In this document: positions 13,601 through 25,600 of the stretch, piece by piece
Numbering within the stretch: the first letter of the stretch is position 1
How the letters are laid out: every line of letters begins with the position of its first letter
Assembly (NCBI RefSeq): GCF_964355755.1
Contig: NC_092670.1
Location: forward strand, 30,926,388 to 30,990,387
Direction: 5' to 3'
Source of the DNA: Antedon mediterranea
Taxonomy: Eukaryota; Animalia; Echinodermata
Length of the DNA stretch: 64,000 bases
Notes under the pieces: generated by a model
The model's input: the letters and a program-made list of their open reading frames with translations, nothing else
What the model was told of the DNA's origin: nothing
Databases searched by the model: none
Translations under genes and position numbers: made by a program

Positions 13601-16600
13601 GAACTGTTAATACTTTTTCCCATCTAGTCAGTACTAAATCATTGGGTTCTTTGTAGAATAATTGCATAGTTGTTACAGTATCAGGACCGTTTCCTTGTAC
13701 TTGAAGGGCTCTAACACTGACAGGTGTTTCAAACTCAATATCTACAAATGGTTGGGGTTCTTCCTGTAGATTACTTGGATACCATGGTTCCTCACTGTTG
13801 AGTTTGGTACTGTCTGGGTTGTTTACATTGTCAGAAGTACTTCTGGTGGTTGTCAGTTGTTCAACCTCATCCAAGTTCATTTTACATACTGAAAATTTTA
13901 ATAAAACAGTAAAAATCATGTCAGATGGTAAAAATGTGTTGGCACCACCTTTCAGCTTCAATAATATAATTAAAAGAATTTTAAATTACCTGGGCCAGTT
14001 GTCATTTGTACTTTTGGTGTAGTTATTGGTCTCTTTGTAATTGGAGCTGGTGCAGTGGTTGACTTTTTAGAAAATGGAGTCATAGTTCCAAGTGGAGAAG
14101 TTGTTGGTGCTTCTGACTCAGTAGTAACTGGTGCTGCAGAAGTTGTAGATATTACCGAAACGGTTGTAGATTCAGCTGGTAAAGCTGTTGTTACTTCATG
14201 TAAACATCCAAAAACTCCGATTCTTAGTGTTGGGTTAGTATCTTCATATTTATACATTTCAACTCGTAGAAGCTCAATAGCTGGAAAATCTTCAGGAAGA
14301 AGAGCATTCAGCAAAACTGAGTTATCGGGTTGGTCTTGAACAATGATTAATTTATTCCATGATGTCAGCTGTTTAGAATTAGGTTCTTTATAGTACAATC
14401 TCAGTGTGGAAACCGAATTGTCACCATCTCCTTGAATCTGAAGAGCAGTTACGCTTACAGGTACACTGAATGCAATATCTACATAAGGTTTTGTATCTTC
14501 TTCTAGATTATTTGGATACCATGGGTTATCATTGTCAATCTTGGTACTGTCTGGATTTGCTACCTCGTCAGAAGTACTTCTGGTAGTTTCTAACTCTTCA
14601 ACCTCATCCAAATTCATTTCACATACTGAAAAAATAAACAAAACAGTAAAAATCATGTCAGACGTATCTTTGCACACCTTTGCCACTTCAATGATATGAT
14701 TTTAAAATGTTAAATTACCTAGACCAGTTGTCATGTGTACTTCTGGTGTAGTTATTGGTCTCTTTGTAGTTGGAGCAGGTGCAGTGGTTGATTTTTTAGA
14801 AAATGGAGTTATGGTTCCAAGTGGAGCTGTTGTTGGTGCTTCTGACTCAGTGGTACCTGGTGCCTCAGAAATTGTAGAAATTACTGAAACGGTTGTAGAT
14901 TCAGCTGGTGAAGCTGTTGTCACGTCATGTAAACATCCAAATACTCCAACTCGTAATGTTGGCACAGAATCATCATACAAAGAAATCTGGACTCTAATTG
15001 CTTTAACAACAGGGAAGTCTTCTGGAAGTTCAAATGCCACTGGTATTGAATTATCCTCAAAGTATGGAACTGTTAACACTTTTTCCCATCTAGTTAGTAC
15101 TAAATCATTGGGTTCTTTGTAGAATAATTGCATAGTTGTTACAGCATCAGGACCGTTTCCTTGTACTTGAAGGGCTCTAACACTGACAGGTGTTTCAAAC
15201 TCAATATCTACAAATGGTTTGGGTTCTTCCTGTAGATTACTTGGATACCATGGTTCCTCGCTGTTGAGTTTGGTACTGTCTGGGTTGTTTACATTGTCAG
15301 AAGTACTTCTGGTGGTTGTCAGTTGTTCAATATCATCCAAGTTCATTTTACATACTGAAAATGTTAATAAAACAGTAAAAATCATGTCAGATGGTAAAAA
15401 TGTGTTGGCACCCCCTTTCAGCTTCAATAATATAATTAAAAGAATTTTAAATTACCTGGGCCAGTTGTCATTTGTACTTTTGGTGTAGTTATTGGTCTCT
15501 TTGTAATTGGAGCTGGTGCAGTGGTTGACTTTTTAGAAAATGGAGTCATAGTTCCAAGTGGAGAAGTTGTTGGTGCTTCTAACTCAGTAGTAACTGGTGC
15601 TGCAGAAGTTGTAGATATTACCGAAACGGTTGTAGATTCAGCTGGAAAAGCTGTTGTTACTTCATGTAAACATCCAAAAACTCCAATTCTTAGTGTTGGG
15701 TTAGTATCTTCATATTTATACATTTCAACTCGTAGAAGCTCAATGGCTGGAAAATCTTCAGGAAGATTAGCATTCAGCAAAACTGAGTTATCGGGTTGGT
15801 CTTGAACAATGATTAATTTATTCCACGATGTCAGCTGTTTAGAATTAGGTTCTTTATAGTACAATCTCAGTGTGGACACCGAATTGTCACCATCTCCTTG
15901 AATCTGAAGAGCAGTTACGCTTACAGGTACACTGAATGCAATATCTACATAAGGTTTTGCATCTTCTTCTAGATTATTTGGATACCATGGGTTATCATTG
16001 TCAATCTTGGTACTGTCTGGATTTTCTACTTCGTCAGAAGTACTTCTGGTAGTTTGTAACTCTTCAACCTCATCCAAGTTCATTTCACATACTAATCAGA
16101 TAAAAAAATGATATACAATATTTAATTCATACATTATATTTATTGAACAAAAAACAATACATAATTCAAAATTACATTTTATTAGAAACTGTTGATTACC
16201 TGGGCCAGTTGTCATCACAACTCTAGGTGTTGTTGTCAGTTCAGCTGTAATTGGTACTGGTTCAGTTGTCTGAACTTTTCCTGTAGTAGTAACTGGTCCT
16301 TTAGTAGTGGGTGCTGCTGCAGTGGTCGTTATTGGTTGCAGCAGTGTCGTTGATGGAACGGATACTGATTCTGGAGTAGTAGCTGGTTTGCTAGTACTTA
16401 CTGATGCTACTGTAGTAGTTAAAAAGTGCAGAGGTGTAGTTGAAGTAAATGGTCGTGGTCTTGTTGTCAGAACTTTTCCTGCAGTAGTAGCAGCTGGTCC
16501 TCTTGTAGTTGGTGCTGCAGCAATAGTGGTTTTTAGCTGCATAGGTGTAGTTGATTCAACTGATACTGGTCCAGTTGTCTGACCATTTTCTGTAGTAGTA

Positions 16601-19600
16601 GCTGGTCCTCTCGTACTTGGTGCTGCTGCAGTGGTGCTTATTGGCTGCAGAGGTGTAGTTGATGCAACCAAGACTTGCCCTGTTGTCTGTACTTTTTCTG
16701 TAGTAGTAGCAGCTGGTCCTTGTGTACTTGGTGCAACCGCTGTAGTAGATACATGTTGCAGAGGTGTAGTTGACTCAACTAATACTGGTCCTGTTGTCAG
16801 GCCTTTTTCTGTGGTAGTGGCTGGTCCTCTTGTACTTGGTGCTACTTCTGTAGTAGATACATGCTGCAGAGGTGTAGTTGATGCAACTGATACTGGTCCT
16901 GTTGTCTGAACTTTTCCTGTAGTAGTAGCTGGTCTTCTCGTACTTGGTGCTGCTGCAGTAGTGGTTATTGGCTGCAGAGGTGTAGTTGATGCACCTGAGA
17001 CTAGCCCTGTTGTCTGTACTTTTTCTGTAGTTGTAGCAGCTGGTCCTTGTGTACTTGGTGCAACCGCTGTAGTAGATACATGTTGCATAGGTGTAGTTGA
17101 TGCAACTGATAATGGTCCTGTTGTCAGAACTTTTTCTGTAGTAGTGGCTGGTCCTCTACTACTTGGTGCTGCTGCAATAGTGGTTATTGGCTGCATAGGT
17201 GTAGTTGATGCAACTGATACTGATCCTGTTGTCTGACTATTTTCTGTAGTAGTGGCTGGTCCTCTCGTACTTGGTGCTGCTGCAGTAGTGGTTATTGGCT
17301 GCAGAAGTGTAGTTGATGCAACTGAGACTTGCCCTGTTGTCTGTACTTTTTCTGTAGTAGTAGCAGCTGGTCCTTGTGTACTTGGTGCAACCGCTGTAGT
17401 AGATACATGTTCCATAGGTGTAGTTGATGCAACTGATATTGGTCCTGTTGTCATAACTTTTTCTGTAGTAGTGGCTGGTCCTCTAGTACTTGGTGCTGCT
17501 GCAGTAGTGGATATTGGCTGCAGAGGTGTAGTTAATGGAACTGATACCGATCCTGTTGTAGTTGAAGCCAATGGTATTACAGTAGTACTTTGTGCTGTTG
17601 CAGTAGTAGATACTTTCACTGTTGGTTGCACTGTTGTAATCTTTTGTACGCAGCCAAACAAACCAATTCTTAATGTTGGTACACCATCATATGAATCAAT
17701 TTTAACCCTCATAAAATGTATTACAGGGAATTCGTCAGGAAGTGTAAGTGTTAACGGACTAGAATTATCAATCTGATCTGGAACTGTTATTAAATTATTC
17801 CATAAAGACATTGTGTTTGAATTAGCCTCTTTGTAATACAATTTAAGTCTAGATACAGAATTTTGATTATGTCCTTGTATATGAATTGCTTTCACACTGA
17901 CTGACTCATCAAACGAAATATCTACGTAAGGATTTGGTTCTTCAGCAAGTCCACTTGGATACCATGGTTGATTGCTGTCAAGTTTGGTACTATCTGAATT
18001 TTCTACATTATCAGAAGTTGTTCTGGTTGTAGCCAACTGTTCAACTTGATCCAAATCCATGTAACAAACTAGAAATATTGACATGATAAAACATATTGAA
18101 TAGTAATTTTAGATATAAGAAAATATTGAGATTTTTAAGGGAATATTTAGCAAACAAAAGTCTATTTTACACAGTGTTTTTAATGGATGAACTAGAAATG
18201 AAAAAAAGTTGTTTATTTTATCATTTGACTAACATTTTTTGTAAATAAAATTAAACTAATAAAATTCAAATTATTCCATACATGAATTGGATTTATTTTA
18301 AAGTTATATTTAATATGGGTTGGGGAACATGTGGGGAAGATGAATGTCTTTACATCTTTACTGTTTCAATACTAAACTAAACTCTCACAACAATAGGCTA
18401 ATTCTGGTTTGCAGAAAGCATTGTAGAATACATTTTACATGGTAATAAATTATTTGAGAGCTTTCAATTGTTAGAAAACTGGATCTTAATTACCTTTAGT
18501 TGTAGTTTGATAACTTTCTATTGTGGTTGGTGGTTTGAACGTCTTAGCTGGCAAAGTAGTACGTTCTCCTGACAAAATGCTAGTTGTCAAATCTAAAATA
18601 AAAAAAAAGAAAAAAGGTAACAATTAATATAGCCTTTATCTATTTTAAGACACATCATTATTGACAATTTGTCCATTCAATCTTTTAAAATGGCATTTGC
18701 CATAAGGCTAATTACCTTGTTCTCTAGTGGTTGATACGCTAGAAGTTGTAGCTGGTACTTTTGTGCTTGGCACAGTTCTAGTTGTTTGTCCTTCTGGGAA
18801 GGGTGTTAGTGTGCCCAGTGGTGGAACTCCTGTTGTTGATCTAGATATTCCAGCAGTTGTACCTAGTGCTTTTGTGCTTGATACAACTCCAGTTGTTTGT
18901 CTTTCTGGGAAAGGTGTTATTGTGCCAAGTGGTGGAACACCTGTTGTTGATCCAGATACTCCGGCAGTTGTACCTGGTTCTTTTGTACTTGATACAGCTC
19001 CAGTTGTTTGTCCTTCTGGGAAAGGTGTTATTGTGCCAAGTGGTGGAACGCCTGTTGTTGATCTAGATATTACAGCAGTTGTACCTGGTGCTTTTGTGCT
19101 TGATACAGCTCCAGTTGTTTTTCCTTCTGGGAAAGGTGTTATTGTGCCAAGTGGTGGAACGCCTGTGGTTGATCCAGATAATTCGGCAGTTGTACCTGGT
19201 GCTTTTGTGCTTGGTACAGCTCCAGTTGTCTGTCCTTCTGGGAAGGGTGTTAGTGTGCCAAGTGGTGGAACTCCTGTTGTTGATCTGGATACTCCGGCAG
19301 TTGTACTTCGGGCCTTTGTACTAGGTACAGCTCCAGTTGTCTGTCCTTCTGGGAAGGGTGTTATTGTGCCAAGTGGTGGAATGCCAGTTGTTGATCCAGA
19401 CACTCCAGTAGTTGTACCTGGTGCTTTTGTGCTTGGTACAGCTCCAGTTGTCTGTCCTTCTGGGAAGGGTGTTAGTGTGCCAAGTGGTGGAACACCAGTT
19501 GTTGATCCAGATACTCTGGCAGTTGTACTTGGGGCCTTTGTACTAGGTACAGCTCCAGTTGTCTGTCCTTCTGGGAATGGTGTTATTGTGCCAAGTGGTG

Positions 19601-22600
19601 GAACTCCTGTTGTTGATCCAGATACTCCAGCAGTTGTCCCTGGTTCTTTTGTACTTGATACAGCTCCAGTTGTTTGTCCTTCTGGGAAAGGTGTTATTGT
19701 GCCAAGTGGTAGAACGCCTGTTGTTGATCTAGATATTACAGCAGTTGTACCTGGTGCTTTTGTGCTTGATACAGCTCCAGTTGTTTTTCCTTCTGGGAAA
19801 GGTGTTATTGTGCCAAGTGGTGGAACGCCTGTGGTTGATCCAGATACTTCGGCAGTTGTACCTGGTGCTTTTGTGCTTGGTACAGCTCCAGTTGTCTGTC
19901 CTTCTGGGAAGGGTGTTGGTGTGCCAAGTGGTGGAACTCCTGTTGTTGATCTGGATACTCCGGCAGTTGTACTTCGGGCCTTTGTACTAGGTACAGCTCC
20001 AGTTGTCTGTCCTTCTGGGAAGGGTGTTATTGTGCCAAGTGGTGGAATGCCAGTTGTTGATCCAGACACTCCAGTAGTTGTACCTGGTGCTTTTGTGCTT
20101 GGTACAGCTCCAGTTGTCTGTCCTTCTGGGAAGGGTGTTAGTGTGCCAAGTGGTGGAACACCTGTTGTTGATCCAGATACTCCGACAGTTGTACTTGGGG
20201 CCTTTGTACTAGGTACAGCTCCAGTTGTCTGTCCTTCTGGGAATGGTGTTATTGTGCCAAGTGGTGGAACTCCTGTTGTTGATCCAGATACTCCAGCAGT
20301 TGTCCCTGGTTCTTTTGTACTTGATACAACTCCAGTTGTTTGTCTTTCTGGGAAAGGTGTTATTGTGCCAAGTGGTGGAACGCCTGTTGTTGATCTAGAT
20401 ATTCCAGCAGTTGTACCTGGTGCTTTTGTGCTTGGTACAGCTCCAGTTGTCTGTCCTTCTGGGAAGGGTGTTAGTGTGCCAAGTGTTGGAACTCCCGTTG
20501 TTGATCCAGATAGTCCGGCAGTTGTACCTGGTGCTTTTGTGCTTGGTACAGCTCCAGTTGTCTGTCCTTCTGTGAAGGGTGTTAGTGTGCCAAGTGTTGG
20601 AACTCCCGTTGTTGATCCAGATAGTCCGGCAGTTGTACTTCGGGTCTTTGTGCTTGATACAGCTCCAGTTGTCTGTCCTTCTTGGAAAGGTGTTATTGTG
20701 CCAAGTGGTGGAACTCCTGTTGTTGATCCAGATACTCCAGCAGTTGTACCTGGTGCATTTGTACTAGGTACAGCTCCAGTTGTTTGTCTTTCTGGGAAAG
20801 GTGTTATTGTGCCAAGTGGTGGAACAGATACCCTGACAGTTGTACCTGGTGCTTTTGTGCTTGATGCAGTTCCAGTTGTTTGTCCTTCTGGGAAAGGTGT
20901 TATTGTGCCAAGTGGTGGAACGCCTGTTGTTGATCCAGATACTCCGGCAGTTGTACCTTGTGCTTTTGTGGTTGGTACAGCTCCAGTTGTCTGTCCTTCT
21001 GGGAAGGGTGTTAGTGTGCCAAGTGGTGGAACTCCCGTTGTTGATTCAGATAGTCTGGCAGTTGTACTTGGGGCCTTTGTACTAGGTACAGCTCCAGTTG
21101 TCTGTCCTGGTAAGGGTGTTAGTGTGCCAAGTGGTGGAATGCCTGTTGTTGATCCAGACACTCCAGCAGTTGTACCTGGTGCCTTTGTACCAGGTACAGC
21201 TCCAGTTGTCTGTCCTTCTGGGAAAGGTGTTATTGTACCAAGTGTTGGAACTCCTGTTGTTGATCCAGATACTCCAGCAGTTGTACCTGGTGCCTTTGTA
21301 CTAGGTACAGCTCCAGTTGTCTGTCTTTCTGGGAAAGGTGTTATTGTGCCAAGTGGTGGAATGCCTGTTGTTGATCTAGATATTCCAGCAGTTGTACCTG
21401 GTACTGTTGTGCTTGATACAGCTCCAGTTGTTTGTCCTTCTTGGAAAGGTGTTATTGTGCCAAGTGGTGGAACGCCTGTTGTTGATCCAGATACTCCGGC
21501 AGTTGTACCTTGTGCTTTTGTGGTTGGTACAGCTCCAGTTGTCTGTCCTTCGGGGAAGGGTGTTAGTGTGCCAAGTGGTGGAACTCCCGTTGTTGATTCA
21601 GATAGTCCGGCAGTGGTACTTGGGGCCTTTGTACTAGGTACAGCTCCAGTTGTCTGTCCTTCTGGGAAAGGTGTTATTGTACCAAGTGGTGGAACTCCTG
21701 TTGTTGATCCAGATACTCCAGCAGTTGTACCTGGTGCCTTTGTACTAGGTACAGCTCCAGTTGTCTGTCTTTCTGGGAAAGGTGTTATTGTGCCAAGTGG
21801 TGGAACGCCTGTTGTTGACTCAGATACCCTGACAGTTGTACCTGGTGCTTTTGTACTAGGGACAGCTCCAGTTGTCTGGCCTTCTGGGAAGGGTGTTAGT
21901 GTGCCAAGTGGTGGGATTCCTGATGTTGATATTCCAGCAGTTGTACCTGGTGCTTTTGTGCTTGATACAGCTCCAGTTGTCTGGCCTTCTGGGAAGGGTG
22001 TTAGTGTGCCAAGTGGTGGAACTCCTGTTGTTGATCTTGATATTCCAGCAGTTGTACCTGGTGCTTTTGTACTAGGTACAGCTCCAGTTGTCTGTCCTTC
22101 TGGGAAGGGTGTTAGTGTGCCAAGTGGTGGAATGCCTGTTGTTGATCCAGACACTCCAGCAGTTGTACCTGGTGCCTTTGTACTAGGTACAGCTCCAGTT
22201 GTCTGTCCTTGTGGGAAAGGTGTTATTGTGCCAAGTGGTGGAAATCCTGTTGTTGATCCAGATACTCCAGCAGTTGTACCTGGTGCCTTTGTACTAGGTA
22301 CAGCTCCAGTTGTTTGTCTTTCTGGGAAAGGTGTTATTGTGCCAAGTGGTGGAGCGCCTGTTGTTGATTCAGATAGTCCGGCAGTTGTACTTCGGGCCTT
22401 TGTACTAGGTACAGCTCCAGTTGTTTGTCCTTCTGGGAAAGGTGTTATTGTGCCAAGTGGTGGAACTCCTGTTGTTGATCCAGATACTCCAGCCGTTGTA
22501 CCTGGTGCCTTTGTACTAGGTACAGCTCCAGTTGTCTGGCCTTCTGGGAAGGGTGTTAGTGTGCCAAGTGGTGGAACTCCTGTTGTTGATCTTGATATTC

Positions 22601-25600
22601 CAGCAGTTGTACCTGGTGCTTTTGTACTAGGGACAGCTCCAGTTGTCTGGCCTTCTGGGAAGGGTGTTAGTGTGCCAAGTGGTGGGATTCCTGTTGTTGA
22701 TATTCCAGCAGTTGTACCTGGTGCTTTTGTGCTTGATACAGCTCCAGTTGTTTGTCCTTCTGGGAAAGGTGTTATTGTGCCAAGTGGTGGAACTCCTGTT
22801 GTTGATCCTGATACTCTGGCAGTTGTACCTGGTGCCTTTGTACTAGGCAAAGCTCCAGTTGTCTGTCCTTCTGGGAAGGGTGTTAGTGTGCCAAGTGGTG
22901 GGATTCCTGTTGTTGTACCTGGTGCAGCTCCAGTTGTCTGTCCAGCAAATGGTGTTACTGTTCCAAGTGCTGGAGATGTTGTTGGAATCGATGTTGTTAC
23001 TGCAAATTTGAATATGAATATATATTTTACAAATCAATAATTAAAATGTGAAAGCATTTGTTGGTTGGGAATCAAATTTTATTTAAATCTTGATTTGGGT
23101 GATAATAATAATATTTAATCAATTTTACAAAGCAATACTTTTTTTGTGACCATTAAACAATTTTCATAACAATTAATAAAAATAAATTATCAAATGAATA
23201 CTTACGGTCTAAGTAACAGCCCAATACTTGAATTCGTACACGTGGCTTAAGACTACTTTCAACAGGAGTAATAACCAGGGATGCGGCTTCAATGCCTGGT
23301 TCGAGTAATGTAATGGTAACAGAATTCAATTCATCTAAATTTCCAATAAACACCTATTATATATAAAAAAAAACTTGTAATTTACATCTTAGATAATCAT
23401 TGTTAGGGGACTGTCATTAAGTTTTATTTTTCTAAAAAGGGGTAAAATATTTAAAATCTAGAATCTTCTTATACATCATTTTAACTTTTTATGAAATATT
23501 TAATTGTTATATAATATAATATAACTTTATAGTGTTGTTTGAATCATTTGAACATACAGTATTTCATCCTGAAATATGTGCAAAAGAAGTCATTATGTTA
23601 TTACAAATTGATCATAGCTTGTACTAGTATAAACCAATCAAATAAAAATTATCATCCCTTCAACCCAAGTTGAAGGGAATATGGTAATAAATTACATACA
23701 CTTTGTCCATCTGCAGTTTGGACATCTAGTAAATCAACTTGACCTGGACGTCTGTATTGTAGTGTGAACGCTTCCAAGTATTCATTGCTACCAGATCCAC
23801 CTCCCATTAGATTAAATGCGGTTACCAAAGCTGGGCTGTCTAAATCAATGAGTAACTTGGGCTCAACAGGAGAAGATGTCCAGCCATAGATTCCATTCTG
23901 ATCAGGTTGACTGACAAAACCAAGACGGGGGTCAGATGCTTCTGAAAGCTCTATTATCTCAGAACAAGGACCTGTATATGAATTTAAGATGCCATTTCAT
24001 GATTTCAATATAATCAGAAGTAAATGTTGAAATATGCATTCAGCTATGAATGTACTACAATAAGGAACATTAAAAAAAACAGAATCCAACAGTGGTGTTG
24101 GTAGTCTATGGGTGAGAGTTGTTCTCAAATACGAACAGCCATTCGACATGAATATAAAATTGGAGAAATTATTCTATTTTATAATTGATCCAAATTTTAT
24201 TGAACAATGTATATAAAAATCCAACTTTTATAACACTGTAATGTCACCAACAATAAAAAGGAACCTTCTGGATTGAAAAACAGAATTTACAATTCACAAA
24301 TGGAAAGCAGAAAGAATGTTCATCCTGCATCTCTTACCTAGTGTCTTAATTATCATAGGTGTCGTGGAACCATGTGTTACAGCTACAGTAGTCGACATGA
24401 TGGTTGTTGGTGCTTGAGATGTTGTCATCCTTGGAGTAGTAACTAAAAATATTTACAAAATAAAAGTGTGAGATGGCAACATTGTTGTAAATATTAAACA
24501 AAAAAATAAATACGAGAAGAGAAATCATACTTCAGAAAAAAGGAAAAATGTTAAAGACATTATTTTTCACAATTTTTCACTCAGTCCGCCTCCTGAAAAT
24601 ATAACCTTTCATCTGTCATAAACATTCATATGTATAGTAGTATCTGTATAATTCATATCCCAATAATGATTTACTTGAGGAAATGACATTAACATACCTG
24701 TGTAATCACACCCAAGCAACTGAATTCGAAGACGTATCTCAACATTTGCATTAAAAATTTGAAAGGCAATGGCATTAGTATAAATGCTTCCAAGATATTC
24801 AGGAATAGAAATGCTTATCGGGTCCATGCCATTGGTGTTGCCTTCAAAGGTCTGTATTGGTAAATTGAAACATATTTTAACATAATTTGCATGCTTTTGG
24901 TAACACTTTTGAAAATATGTATATATAACATTCAACCCTCTCAATATCAAACTCTCTGAAAACCAGAAAATCTCACAAAACCAGATTTTTCTTGAGGTAC
25001 AAAAGGTCCCAAATTCGTTTTTACCATTAAAAACACATTCTGAATATCAGACTTCCCAGAAATCCAGACATTTTAGGTCAGCACAAAGGTCTCCGGTATT
25101 GGGAGAGTTGACTGTTGGAAGAGCCATGCTCTTAATTATGTTTGTTTACTTGGAGTTACACTTGTATTATCTATCTATCTGATTGTTATAATTATTATAT
25201 TGTTAAAATTGTATTCATTAAAAATTAAAAAAATGATTGATTATATTAATTGTTTAGATGCAATAAAAAGCTCTATGTATAAGTATATACATCCAAAACA
25301 CAAAAATAATATAACATACATATAAACTAGGAATTTAAAATATAATGATAATTGTTATCAAACCTTCGTCTGAGGTGAACTAGCATCAGATGCTATGGAA
25401 GCATATTTGTCAGAATTTGGAGGCAAGTACGATATTTGGAACTCCTCTGGATATGCATTCGAGCCTGGACCACCTCCAAGAATTATGACTCCAGTTATCT
25501 CCATAACCTCTGGTAAAGAAATGAGAAGAACTGGATACTCTGGTCTTGCTGGGCTCCAGCCATATGTCCCATCTTCATTTTGCTCAGAGTCAAAGTTTAC

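Noticed and set aside
5675-16083. ORF-track proteins starting MNLDEVE as separate tandem genes
   Set aside because: Each is preceded by an AG acceptor and a VC codon pair and ends at a GT donor; they are internal exons, not genes.
1887-22999. Regular repeats as a CRISPR array or prokaryotic system
   Set aside because: No unique spacers or cas genes; repeats are in-frame coding units in a spliceosomal-intron gene.
18727-23040. 1,437-aa plus-strand ORF (Val/Pro/Gly-rich) antisense to the mucin exon
   Set aside because: Compositional shadow: in this frame a stop needs a sense Tyr codon or T-preceded CAN codon, both absent from the repeat. It ends just past the exon. The same applies to the plus-strand ORFs over 3.9-17.8 kb.
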